This document shows, piece by piece, positions 54,153 to 62,219 of a stretch of DNA of 64,000 nucleotides; the first letter of the stretch is position 1, and each line of letters starts with the position of its first letter. The notes under the pieces were generated by a model, which did no database searches, was not told where the DNA came from, and worked only from the letters and a program-made list of their open reading frames with translations. The translations under genes and the position numbers were made by a program. The DNA is from Chloroflexota bacterium (GTDB lineage: Bacteria; Chloroflexota; Dehalococcoidia; UBA2979), in NCBI GenBank assembly GCA_947472995.1, contig CANJBO010000008.1, positions 1,538 through 65,537 of the forward strand, read 5' to 3'.

Positions 54153-56216
54153 TTGGCGAGATCGCGTGTATTTTGCTGCGAAGCACCTCGCGCAAGCCGA
54201 TGCATTCGGTTAGGGTGTGTAAGCAGGTGCGGGGAGTTAGACGAGGGCCTCATTACGCGGCGCGCCACCGTTTACCTTCCGGCCATCGATGGACTCCGCG
54301 CCCTCGCGATCGCGGCGGTCTTCATCTACCACGCCCACGGCGACTGGCTCCCGGGCGGTTACCTCGGCGTCGACCTCTTCTTCGCCATCAGTGGCTTCCT
54401 GATCACCCGCGGTCTGCTCCAGGAGCACGGCGAGCAGGGCGCCATCGACCTCCGTCGCTTCTGGATCCGCCGTGCGAGGCGCCTGCTGCCGGCAGCCTTC
54501 CTCTTCGTGTTCGTGGTGATCGCCGCCGCCCAGGTGTTCTTCCCCGGCGACCTCCGCGCCCTGCGCGGGGTGGCGCTGGCCGGCGTCGGCTACGCGACGA
54601 ACTGGTACCTCATCCTGAGCCAGCAGTCGTACTTCGAGACCGTGGGCCGCCCGCAGCTGCTCCAGCACCTCTGGTCGCTCGCCGTCGAGGAGCAGTTCTA
54701 CGTGATCTGGCCGCTGGTGATCGCCGGCGTGCTGCGCTTCGCGTCGCGCTCGGTCGCATTCGCCGCGACGGCGCTCTTGGGGCTCGCCTCGGTCGTGTGG
54801 ATGGCGATGCTCTACCACGGCGGTGCGGACGCCTCGCGCCTCTACTACGGCACGGACACGCACGCCGTCGGCCTGCTGGCCGGCGCGGCGCTCGCGTTCG
54901 TCGAGCCGGCGTGGCGTCGCCTCGAGGGGCCACGCGCACGCATCGTGGTGCAGGCGACCGGGCTGCTGGCGCTCGGGGCGCTCGGCTTCCTGTTCGCATG
55001 GCTCGCGGAGTGGCGGCCGTTCCTCTACCAGGGCGGGTTCCTCGTCACCGCGCTCGTCAGCCTCGCGCTGATCGTCCCGGCGTGCCTCGCCGGTCGCTTC
55101 GCGGCGGGCATCGGCTGCGCGCCGCTGCGCTGGATCGGCGTGCGCTCGTATGGCATCTACCTCTGGCACCCCGCGCTGCTGGCGCTGCTGAACGCCGCCG
55201 AGATCAACGTGCCGCGCTCCGCGGTCGCCACGCTCGCCGCCGTTGCGACGCTGGTCGTCGCCGACCTCTCGTACCGCTACGTCGAGACGCCGATCCGCAC
55301 CGGGGCCGTGCGCGACTTCCTCGAGGAGTTCCGGCAGCTGCGCCCCGACACCCGCTGGGCCGCGATCGCGACCTCCAGCGCGGCTGTCATCGTCGTCGTC
55401 CTCGGCGCGGTGGTCGCACCGCCGAGCGTGCCCCCGACGTATCTCTCCGTCTCCGCCGTGAGCGGCGTCCGCACCAACGCCAGCGTCGAGGCGCCCGGCG
55501 GCGCGCCCTCGTGGGTCACGCCGCGCACGAACGCGGGCGGGTCCTCGGCGGCCGAGCCGGTCTCGCGTGCGGGCGTGCAGGTCTACAGCCCGACGCCGGG
55601 CATCACCGTCCGCTCCGCGTCGACCGCCACGCCCACCCCGGCCCCGACGCTGATCACCGAGCAGACCCCCACCCCGACCGCCGAGCCGTCCGAGGACACC
55701 CCGCCGAGCGTCGAGGCCACGCCCGCTCCGCGTCCCGCGGCGGCGCTGCCGGTCATCGACGCGCCCGTGCTCGCGGTGGGCGACTCGGTGATGGTGGGCG
55801 CCGCGGACGGCCTGGCGGAGGCGTTCGGGACGATCGAGGTGGACGCGGCGATCGGCCGCGACGCCGTCACGATGCTGCGCCTGCTCCGCGAGCGCCGCGC
55901 GGCGAACCGGCTGCCATCGACCGTCGTCGTGCAGATCGGCAACAACGGCCCGCTGACGCGCCCACAGGTCGAGGAGCTGATGCACGTCCTCGCGACGGTG
56001 CGCCGCGTGGTGATCATCGACCTGCGCGTGTCGCAGCCGTGGGAGAGTGCGAACAACACCATGCTGTCGGACGCGGTGTCGCGGTACTCCAACGCGCGCC
56101 TCGTCACGTGGCACGCGGCGAGCGACCAGCACCCCGACCTGTTCTGGGACGGCATCCACCTGAAGCCGTCCGGCGTGGACCTGTACGTGAGCCTGATCAC
56201 CGCGAAGGTGCAGTAG
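54153..56216 (+). CDS. OafA/YrhL-type acyltransferase-3 membrane domain fused to a C-terminal SGNH hydrolase domain
   Basis: 687 aa. LPAIDGLRALAIAAVFIYH..., 10-11 TM, Pro/Thr-rich linker, then ...VLAVGDSVMVGAA...GNNG...DGIHL. ATG 54153 is the only canonical in-frame start. Confidence 0.85.
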   Translation: MARSRVFCCEAPRASRCIRLGCVSRCGELDEGLITRRATVYLPAIDGLRALAIAAVFIYHAHGDWLPGGYLGVDLFFAISGFLITRGLLQEHGEQGAIDLRRFWIRRARRLLPAAFLFVFVVIAAAQVFFPGDLRALRGVALAGVGYATNWYLILSQQSYFETVGRPQLLQHLWSLAVEEQFYVIWPLVIAGVLRFASRSVAFAATALLGLASVVWMAMLYHGGADASRLYYGTDTHAVGLLAGAALAFVEPAWRRLEGPRARIVVQATGLLALGALGFLFAWLAEWRPFLYQGGFLVTALVSLALIVPACLAGRFAAGIGCAPLRWIGVRSYGIYLWHPALLALLNAAEINVPRSAVATLAAVATLVVADLSYRYVETPIRTGAVRDFLEEFRQLRPDTRWAAIATSSAAVIVVVLGAVVAPPSVPPTYLSVSAVSGVRTNASVEAPGGAPSWVTPRTNAGGSSAAEPVSRAGVQVYSPTPGITVRSASTATPTPAPTLITEQTPTPTAEPSEDTPPSVEATPAPRPAAALPVIDAPVLAVGDSVMVGAADGLAEAFGTIEVDAAIGRDAVTMLRLLRERRAANRLPSTVVVQIGNNGPLTRPQVEELMHVLATVRRVVIIDLRVSQPWESANNTMLSDAVSRYSNARLVTWHAASDQHPDLFWDGIHLKPSGVDLYVSLITAKVQ

Positions 56217-56370
56217 GAAAGCGCCCCTCGCTCGTAGGCTGGACGCCGTGCTACGGTCGTTGCACGGCCCGAGGACACTCGCAACGCACAACGGCGTCGC
56301 ACCTCGATCCGATACCCGCACACCGCCTGCGAGCCCGGAGCCCGGCGGCACCAGCGACCGAACGCTGGTG

Positions 56371-58008
56371 ATGAGCACGACGTGGACGGCACTGAGCAGC
56401 GCACCCCCGGTCTCGAGCGACGATGACCGCCCGCGCCACCGTTCCACCTTCCTCCGCGGCAACCCGACCGGCTCAACTGGCGCTCAGCCACCGCAGCCCC
56501 ATCCGAACCCGGAGAACCTCCGATTGTCTTTGTTTGCCCGTAAGTCCACGTCCACCGCGACCCTTGAGGTCGAGGAGGCCGTCTCTGCCCCCGTCGCGCT
56601 CGCGCCCGCCGCGTCCGACGACTCGTTCGAATCATCCGTGACCTTCGAGGAGCTCGGCGTGCCGCGCGATCTCGTGCAGGTGCTGAATGCCCGGGGCATC
56701 ACCGCGCCGTTCCCGGTGCAGGTGCTCACGATCCCGGACGCGATCGCCGGCCGCGACGTCTCCGGCAAGGCCAAGACCGGCTCCGGCAAGACGCTCGCCT
56801 TCGGGCTGCCGCTGCTGATGGCGACGCGCACCGCGAAGAAGCGGCGTCCCGCCTCGATCGTTCTCGTGCCGACGCGCGAGCTGGCGAACCAGGTCGCCGA
56901 CGAGCTGGCCCCCCTCGCCGAGGCGCGCGGACTCTGGATCACCGCGATCTACGGCGGCGTCTCCATGTCGCGCCAGATCAACGCGCTGCGCCAGGGCATC
57001 GACATCGTGATCGCGACGCCCGGCCGCCTCAACGACCTGCTCGAGCGTGGCGAGATGTCCGTCGCCGACGTCCAGTTCGTCGTCCTCGACGAGGCCGACC
57101 AGATGGCCGACATGGGCTTCCTGCCGCAGGTCGAGCGCATCCTGAAGCAGATCGACGGCACGCCGCAGACGCTGCTGTTCTCGGCCACCCTCGACGGCGC
57201 GGTCGGGACGCTGGTCCGCAACTACCAGCACGACCCCGCGCGGCACGAGGTGGCCTCCGACACGCAGAGCGTGGACAGCATGGAGCAGCGCTTCATCGGC
57301 GTGGCCAGCGATGAGCGCATCCCCGTCGCCGCGCGCATCTGCGCGGGCGCCACCCGTGCGCTCGTCTTCGTCCGCACGACGCACGGCGCGGACCGCATCG
57401 CGAAGCAGCTCGCTGCCGAGGGCCTGCGGACCGCCGCGATCCACGGCCGCCTCTCGCAGGCGAAGCGCGAGCGCGCGCTCGCCGCGTTCTCCGACGGCGA
57501 CACGCCGGTCCTCGTCGCGACGAACGTCGCCGCGCGCGGCCTGCACGTGGACGGCATCGACGTCGTGATCCACTTCGACGTGCCGGACGACCACAAGACC
57601 TACCTCCACCGCTCGGGCCGCACGGCGCGCGCGGGGGAGGAGGGCCTTGTCGTCACGCTGGTGCTCCCGGAGCAGATGCGCGACGTCGCGCAGATCCAGA
57701 AGGACGCCGGCCTCGACCTCGCGATCGTGCCGATGCGCGTTGACGACAAGCGGCTGCTCGACCTGAAGGCGTGGGAGGCCCCGGCCGGCCTCGTCTGGCC
57801 GAGCGGCGGCGGATCGTCCTCGCAGGGTGGCGGCGCCTCGCGCGGCCGTGCCCCGCGCAGCGCGACGAACCGCCCCGCCGGTCGTGGCGCCGTCCGCGCC
57901 GTGCGCCACGGCGACCTCGAGGGCACCCCGCGGCAGGCGGCCGGCGCCCGCAGCGGTCGCGGCCGTAGCACCGGCAGCGACGTCGCCTACACGCGCCGCC
58001 GCCCGTAG
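56371..58008 (+). CDS. DEAD-box ATP-dependent RNA helicase (start uncertain: ATG 56371 or GTG 56638)
   Basis: F..LGV...PFPVQ (Q motif), AKTGSGKTLAF, PTRELA, VLDEADQM, SAT, HGRLSQ..R, ATNVAARGLH, YLHRSGRTARAG. Arg/Gly/Ser-rich C-terminal tail. Confidence 0.9.
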   Translation: MSTTWTALSSAPPVSSDDDRPRHRSTFLRGNPTGSTGAQPPQPHPNPENLRLSLFARKSTSTATLEVEEAVSAPVALAPAASDDSFESSVTFEELGVPRDLVQVLNARGITAPFPVQVLTIPDAIAGRDVSGKAKTGSGKTLAFGLPLLMATRTAKKRRPASIVLVPTRELANQVADELAPLAEARGLWITAIYGGVSMSRQINALRQGIDIVIATPGRLNDLLERGEMSVADVQFVVLDEADQMADMGFLPQVERILKQIDGTPQTLLFSATLDGAVGTLVRNYQHDPARHEVASDTQSVDSMEQRFIGVASDERIPVAARICAGATRALVFVRTTHGADRIAKQLAAEGLRTAAIHGRLSQAKRERALAAFSDGDTPVLVATNVAARGLHVDGIDVVIHFDVPDDHKTYLHRSGRTARAGEEGLVVTLVLPEQMRDVAQIQKDAGLDLAIVPMRVDDKRLLDLKAWEAPAGLVWPSGGGSSSQGGGASRGRAPRSATNRPAGRGAVRAVRHGDLEGTPRQAAGARSGRGRSTGSDVAYTRRRP

Positions 58009-58036
58009 TCCGCGTCACCTCGACGTGACACGCAGC

Positions 58037-58060
58037 AACGCCGCCCGCGAGGGCGGCGTT
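58037..58060 (+). terminator. hairpin terminator candidate AACGCCGCCC-gcga-GGGCGGCGTT after the helicase gene
   Basis: 10-bp GC stem with GNRA-type loop, 29 nt after the stop, followed by gtcgtgtcgt (weak T content). Confidence 0.5.
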
Positions 58061-58131
58061 GTCGTGTCGTCGAGGTAGGGGGCCGTCGATGCGGGCGTCT
58101 TCCCGGCCGTTGTCTTCCGCTCCGGGGGAGT

Positions 58132-58203
58132 TTGAGGGCTACGCCCTCAAGTCTTCTTCCCCTTCACGTCTCCCGCGCCGGGAGGGCGGGGGTGGGCCGC
58201 CCG
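58132..58203 (+). repeat. composite palindromic repeat (TTGAGGGC-tac-GCCCTCAA hairpin plus TCTCCCGCGCCGGGAGGG plus CGGGGGTGGGCCGCC)
   Basis: Read directly between the convergent helicase and MFS genes. Confidence 0.85.
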
Positions 58204-58239
58204 CCTAGCCACCTCGAGGGGTGCTCGTTCTGCACACGG

Positions 58240-59478
58240 TCAGTCGGGTGGGGGCGTCCACCCGCGCTTGATCACGGCGAGGTACATCGTGAACGCGATC
58301 CCCACGAGGCAGCACCCGGCGATCACGTAGAACCCCGCGTCGAACGTGCCGGTGGCATCCTTCGCCACGCCGATCCCCCACGTCGAGGCGAACCCGCCGA
58401 GGTTCGCGAAGAAGTTGGAGAAGCCGCTGGAGATTCCCGCGCGCCGCGCGCCCAGCATCTCCATCGGGATCGAGAACAACGGCCCGAAGTAGAACTGCAC
58501 GAACACCGCGTTCAGGCAGATCGCGCCGATCAGCAGCGCGGTGTGGTCGGTCGCGACGATCACCATCGTCGTCGTCGCCAGCACCAGCAGCGACGCCCCG
58601 ATCACCGCGAGCGGGTTGTCGAGGCGGTCCGACACGTACCCGCCGATGAAGTTCGACGGCACGGTGAGCAGCGCGCCGAGTGCGATCAGCTGGCCCGTCG
58701 AGTGCAGCGAGAAGCCTTTGTCCGCGACCAGCAGGCTCGGCAGCCAGAAGCCGATGCCGAGCGCCACGAAGAAGCGCACGAACTGGATGCCGCCGATCAC
58801 CCACATCACTCGATAGCGGAACAGGCTGAGCGCCTCGACGACGCTGGCGGGGCGACCGGCGGTGCGCGGGCGCTCGCTCGCGACGCGCAGGTACGCGAAC
58901 GCGGCGAGGACCCCGAGGCCGGAGAACAGGAAGAACGGGAACCGCCAGCCGTAGCGCGCCTCGAGCGCCGGACCGATGAGGTTCAGCAGCACGTTCGAGG
59001 AGAACCCGCCCGCGATGAACAGACCCATCGCCGTCGCGCGGCGGTTCGGCGGGAACCACGAGGCGATCAGCACCAGCCCCGGCGCGAACAGCAGCGATCG
59101 GAAGAATCCCGCCGCGCCCTGGTTCAGCAGCAGCAGCGGGTACCACTCGATCATCGCGAAGGTGAAGCCGAGGACGTTCGTCCCGAGCGCGCCGATGAAG
59201 AACAGCCGTCGTGGCCCGAACCGGTCGACCAGGTAGCCCGCCGGGATCTGCATGAACGCATAGACGAGGGTCGCGACGAACGACAGCGACCCCGCCTGCG
59301 TGAACGTCAGGTCCAGCTCCGGCCGGATGCGTGGCAGGAACAGCGCCAGCCCACCCTGGATCAGTCCCTGGAAGGACTGGCACAGGATGAGCAGGCTGAT
59401 CGTCAGGATCGCGGCGCGACGCAGCGCGGGTGAGAGCGGGAAGTCGGACGGTGCGGACGGGGCGCTCGCGGATGCCAT
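58240..59478 (-). CDS. MFS transporter (12 TM)
   Basis: Internal ATG of the 479-aa ORF: MASASAPSAPSDFPLSP.... ...GYLVDRFGPRR motif between TM2 and TM3. Confidence 0.83.
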   Translation of the reverse strand: MASASAPSAPSDFPLSPALRRAAILTISLLILCQSFQGLIQGGLALFLPRIRPELDLTFTQAGSLSFVATLVYAFMQIPAGYLVDRFGPRRLFFIGALGTNVLGFTFAMIEWYPLLLLNQGAAGFFRSLLFAPGLVLIASWFPPNRRATAMGLFIAGGFSSNVLLNLIGPALEARYGWRFPFFLFSGLGVLAAFAYLRVASERPRTAGRPASVVEALSLFRYRVMWVIGGIQFVRFFVALGIGFWLPSLLVADKGFSLHSTGQLIALGALLTVPSNFIGGYVSDRLDNPLAVIGASLLVLATTTMVIVATDHTALLIGAICLNAVFVQFYFGPLFSIPMEMLGARRAGISSGFSNFFANLGGFASTWGIGVAKDATGTFDAGFYVIAGCCLVGIAFTMYLAVIKRGWTPPPD

Positions 59479-59500
59479 ACGATGCCCTCTCGCGCCGCCG

Positions 59501-59827
59501 CTAGCCGAGCGGGGAGAAGTTCGTCGGGGAGAGGAAGCGGTTCTCGATGTGGTGCACCAGCGGGCCGTTGACCTCGGACCCGGCGCGCTCGCGGTGCCAG
59601 TCGGGGTCAGCCTGGAACGCGCCCCACGCGCGCTCACGGTGGGCCATGTCCTCGAACGCGAGGATGTAGAGCAGCTCATCGCTGCGGCCGCCGACGGTGT
59701 TCGTCCAGTAGCCGATGTTCTTGATGCCGTGCTTCTCGAACAGCGCCATCGTCACGTCGCGGAAGCGGTCCTGCAGCGCGGGCAGCTTGCCCGGGTGCGC
59801 GACGTAGACCCGGAGTTCGTACAGCAT
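59501..59827 (-). CDS. NIPSNAP family protein (108 aa)
   Basis: Last 108 codons of the spurious 970-aa ORF: MLYELRVYVAHPGKLPALQDRFRDVTMALFEKHGIKNIGYWT...LLYILAFEDMAHRERAW. Confidence 0.72.
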   Translation of the reverse strand: MLYELRVYVAHPGKLPALQDRFRDVTMALFEKHGIKNIGYWTNTVGGRSDELLYILAFEDMAHRERAWGAFQADPDWHRERAGSEVNGPLVHHIENRFLSPTNFSPLG

Positions 59828-59925
59828 GTGGCGTCCTGTCCTCTGCGAGCGCCGTCGAGGTGCGGCGCCCGGACACACACTACACGCCTCGCTCGATCGG
59901 ACAAGCCTCGGCAGGACGGGCGGCG

Positions 59926-60210
59926 CTACGGGGCCGAGACGCGTCCGAGGAACGACGCGACCGGCATCGCGTAGGGCGCCGCGAAGAGCGCGAGGTTGGT
60001 GACGGTCCAGCCCGAGACGGACAGCACGGCGACGCGCCGGTAGGTGCGCTGGTAGCGGCCCTCGACGTCCAGAAGGTCCTGGGATACCCACGGCAGGAAC
60101 CACCACAGGCTCGTGTCCGCGCTGATGAGCCGGCGCAGCACGTCGGGCCGCGCGAGGTGTCCCGCCAGCAGTAACAGACCCATCACAGCGAACGCGCCCG
60201 GAATCACCAT
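59926..60210 (-). CDS. hypothetical membrane protein (94 aa)
   Basis: ORF track. Three hydrophobic segments, no family recognised. Confidence 0.35.
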   Translation of the reverse strand: MVIPGAFAVMGLLLLAGHLARPDVLRRLISADTSLWWFLPWVSQDLLDVEGRYQRTYRRVAVLSVSGWTVTNLALFAAPYAMPVASFLGRVSAP

Positions 60211-60292
60211 GCGGTAACACTACAAAAGCCCGCCGCCGCGTGTCCAGCCGAAACGCACGATTCGCCCGCTTGTTCGTTGGAACCTTCGCGCG

Positions 60293-62116
60293 GTGTTCCT
60301 CGTCTGGGCGGACGTGGGCAGGCGCGCGAAGGGGCGGGCTTCGGTGGCGAATCGCGACACGACGAGTCAACGATCGCGCACGCAGGAGCGTCCGAGGTTC
60401 AGCCTCCGCGCGCTGCTCTCCGCAGCGCATCCCGGCTCCCAGTTCGCGGCACTCGTCGTGCCGGTCGTGCTGCTGTTCACGGCCGCCGCGGTGACGTTCG
60501 CCTGGAGCGGCCACCAGCGATCGATCGAGACGGCCGACCGGGAGTCGCAGCTGCTCGCGTCGGCGGCGGCCGTGGACGCGCAGCGCTTCCTCGCCAACCG
60601 CGTCGAGCTGCTGAACTCGATCATCGCCTCGCCGGCGCTCCGCGACGGCGACCTGCGCGAGGTGCAGGCGCTGCTGAGCGACGTGGTCGCGCTGACCGGC
60701 TTCTCCGAGATCGGCTGGATCGACGTCGATGGCTACGCGCGCGCGATCGGCGGGGTCACGTCGCTCGTGCAGCCGCTCTACATCGGCGACCGCCCGCACA
60801 TCCGCCGCGCGCTCGAGACCGGGCGGCCCGTGGTCGGCGACGCGCAGGTCAGCCGCGCGAGCCAGGAGCCGACGTTCAACGTCGTCGTGCCGGTGCAGCG
60901 CGACGGGCGCCTGGTCGGTCTGCTGGCCGGAGCGGTGCGGCTCAACGGCGCGAAGGCCAGCGACCTGCGGTTCGGCGACGTGCCCGGCCTCCGCGTCGTT
61001 GACGGCGCCGGCCAGCTTGCCATCACCGGCGAGCGCGGCGGCCTCGACACGCTGGAGTCGGTCGCGGGGTGGCCGGGCTACGCGGGGCTGCGTGCCGCGC
61101 CGCAGGGCGTGCTGCACGAGGAAACCGGGCTGCTCGGCGAGCCCGACCGTGTCGTCGGCTTCGCGGCGGTGCCGGGATCGGACTGGGTGGTCGTGGTCGA
61201 CCGCGCGATGAGCGAGGTCTACGGCCCCGCCGACCGGACGCTGCGCGCGGAGCTGCTCCTCGTCGCGATCTTCGCGGCCGGCAGCCTGCTGCTGATCGCG
61301 TGGGTCGGCTTCCGCCTGGAGGCGGGGGCGCAGCGTCTCGTCCTGTTCGTCGACACGCTCGCGCACGACGTCGGCACGCCGCTCACCGTGATCCGCGCGT
61401 TCTCGACAAGGCTTCGGCGCGCCGTGCGGCACGACCCGACGCTGCTCGCCAGCGTCGCGGAGATCGACCGTGCCGGCCGGCGCATCGAGCGCATGGTGCA
61501 GTCGCTGTCGGACCTCATGGGCCGCGGCCGCGGCGACCTGATGCGGAGCGAGATCGATCTCGTCGAGCTGGTCGGCGAGTTGGTGCAGGAGCACGAGCAC
61601 CGCACCGCGCGCGCCTTCGAGTACGTCTCCACCGCACCCGAGATGATCGGCGAGTGGGACGGTCTGCGCCTCGAGCGGCTCCTCGACAACCTGTTCTCGA
61701 ACGCCACGAAGTACAGCAAGGCCCCCGCTGAGGTGCTCGTGAGCCTCTCCGCGGAGGGCGATGGCGCGTTCCGCCACGCGGTGATCGAGGTGCGCGACTT
61801 CGGCATCGGCATCCCGGCGGCGGACCAGCGCGATATCTTCCAGCGCTTCCGCCGCGGCTCGAACACCGCACGCATCCCCGGCAAGGGCGTCGGTCTGGCC
61901 AGCGTGCGCCAGATCGTCGAGGAGCACCACGGCACGGTCGCCATCCAGAGCGCGGTCGGGGAGGGCACCACGATCACCGTACGCCTGCCGTGGCCGGAGG
62001 ACGTCGCGCCCGACCTGCCCGAGCCGGCCGACGACCTGCCCATCGGCTCGGACGAGCTCGCCGGGAACGTCCCGCCAAGGCGGTCGCTCGCGCGGCTCGC
62101 GGCGTCGCGCCGTTAG
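60293..62116 (+). CDS. sensor histidine kinase with extracytoplasmic Cache-like domain (TM-Cache-TM-HisKA-HATPase_c)
   Basis: 607 aa. H-box FVDTLAHDVGTPLT, N-box LLDNLFSNATKYS, G1 VRDFGIGIP, G2 GKGVGLASV. No response regulator gene adjacent. Confidence 0.88.
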   Translation: MFLVWADVGRRAKGRASVANRDTTSQRSRTQERPRFSLRALLSAAHPGSQFAALVVPVVLLFTAAAVTFAWSGHQRSIETADRESQLLASAAAVDAQRFLANRVELLNSIIASPALRDGDLREVQALLSDVVALTGFSEIGWIDVDGYARAIGGVTSLVQPLYIGDRPHIRRALETGRPVVGDAQVSRASQEPTFNVVVPVQRDGRLVGLLAGAVRLNGAKASDLRFGDVPGLRVVDGAGQLAITGERGGLDTLESVAGWPGYAGLRAAPQGVLHEETGLLGEPDRVVGFAAVPGSDWVVVVDRAMSEVYGPADRTLRAELLLVAIFAAGSLLLIAWVGFRLEAGAQRLVLFVDTLAHDVGTPLTVIRAFSTRLRRAVRHDPTLLASVAEIDRAGRRIERMVQSLSDLMGRGRGDLMRSEIDLVELVGELVQEHEHRTARAFEYVSTAPEMIGEWDGLRLERLLDNLFSNATKYSKAPAEVLVSLSAEGDGAFRHAVIEVRDFGIGIPAADQRDIFQRFRRGSNTARIPGKGVGLASVRQIVEEHHGTVAIQSAVGEGTTITVRLPWPEDVAPDLPEPADDLPIGSDELAGNVPPRRSLARLAASRR

Positions 62117-62167
62117 CGCGTCCACTCGGAAGCGCGATCCGCAGTACCTCGACACGCCGTACACACA

Positions 62168-62195
62168 GAGACGCCGCCCCGAAGGGCGGCGTCTC
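62168..62195. terminator. bidirectional hairpin terminator candidate GAGACGCCGCCC-cgaa-GGGCGGCGTCTC between convergent genes
   Basis: 12-bp perfect stem read directly, between the kinase stop (62116) and the hppA stop (62220). Confidence 0.55.
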
Positions 62196-62219
62196 GTTCG
62201 AGCAGCGCTCGTGTGAGTG

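Noticed and set aside
54237-56462. 741-aa minus-strand ORF antisense to the acyltransferase-SGNH gene, and 732-aa plus-strand ORF 54173-56371 in another frame
   Set aside because: No motifs and Arg/Gly/Asp-rich composition. The 54153 frame gives the acyltransferase-3 and SGNH signatures.
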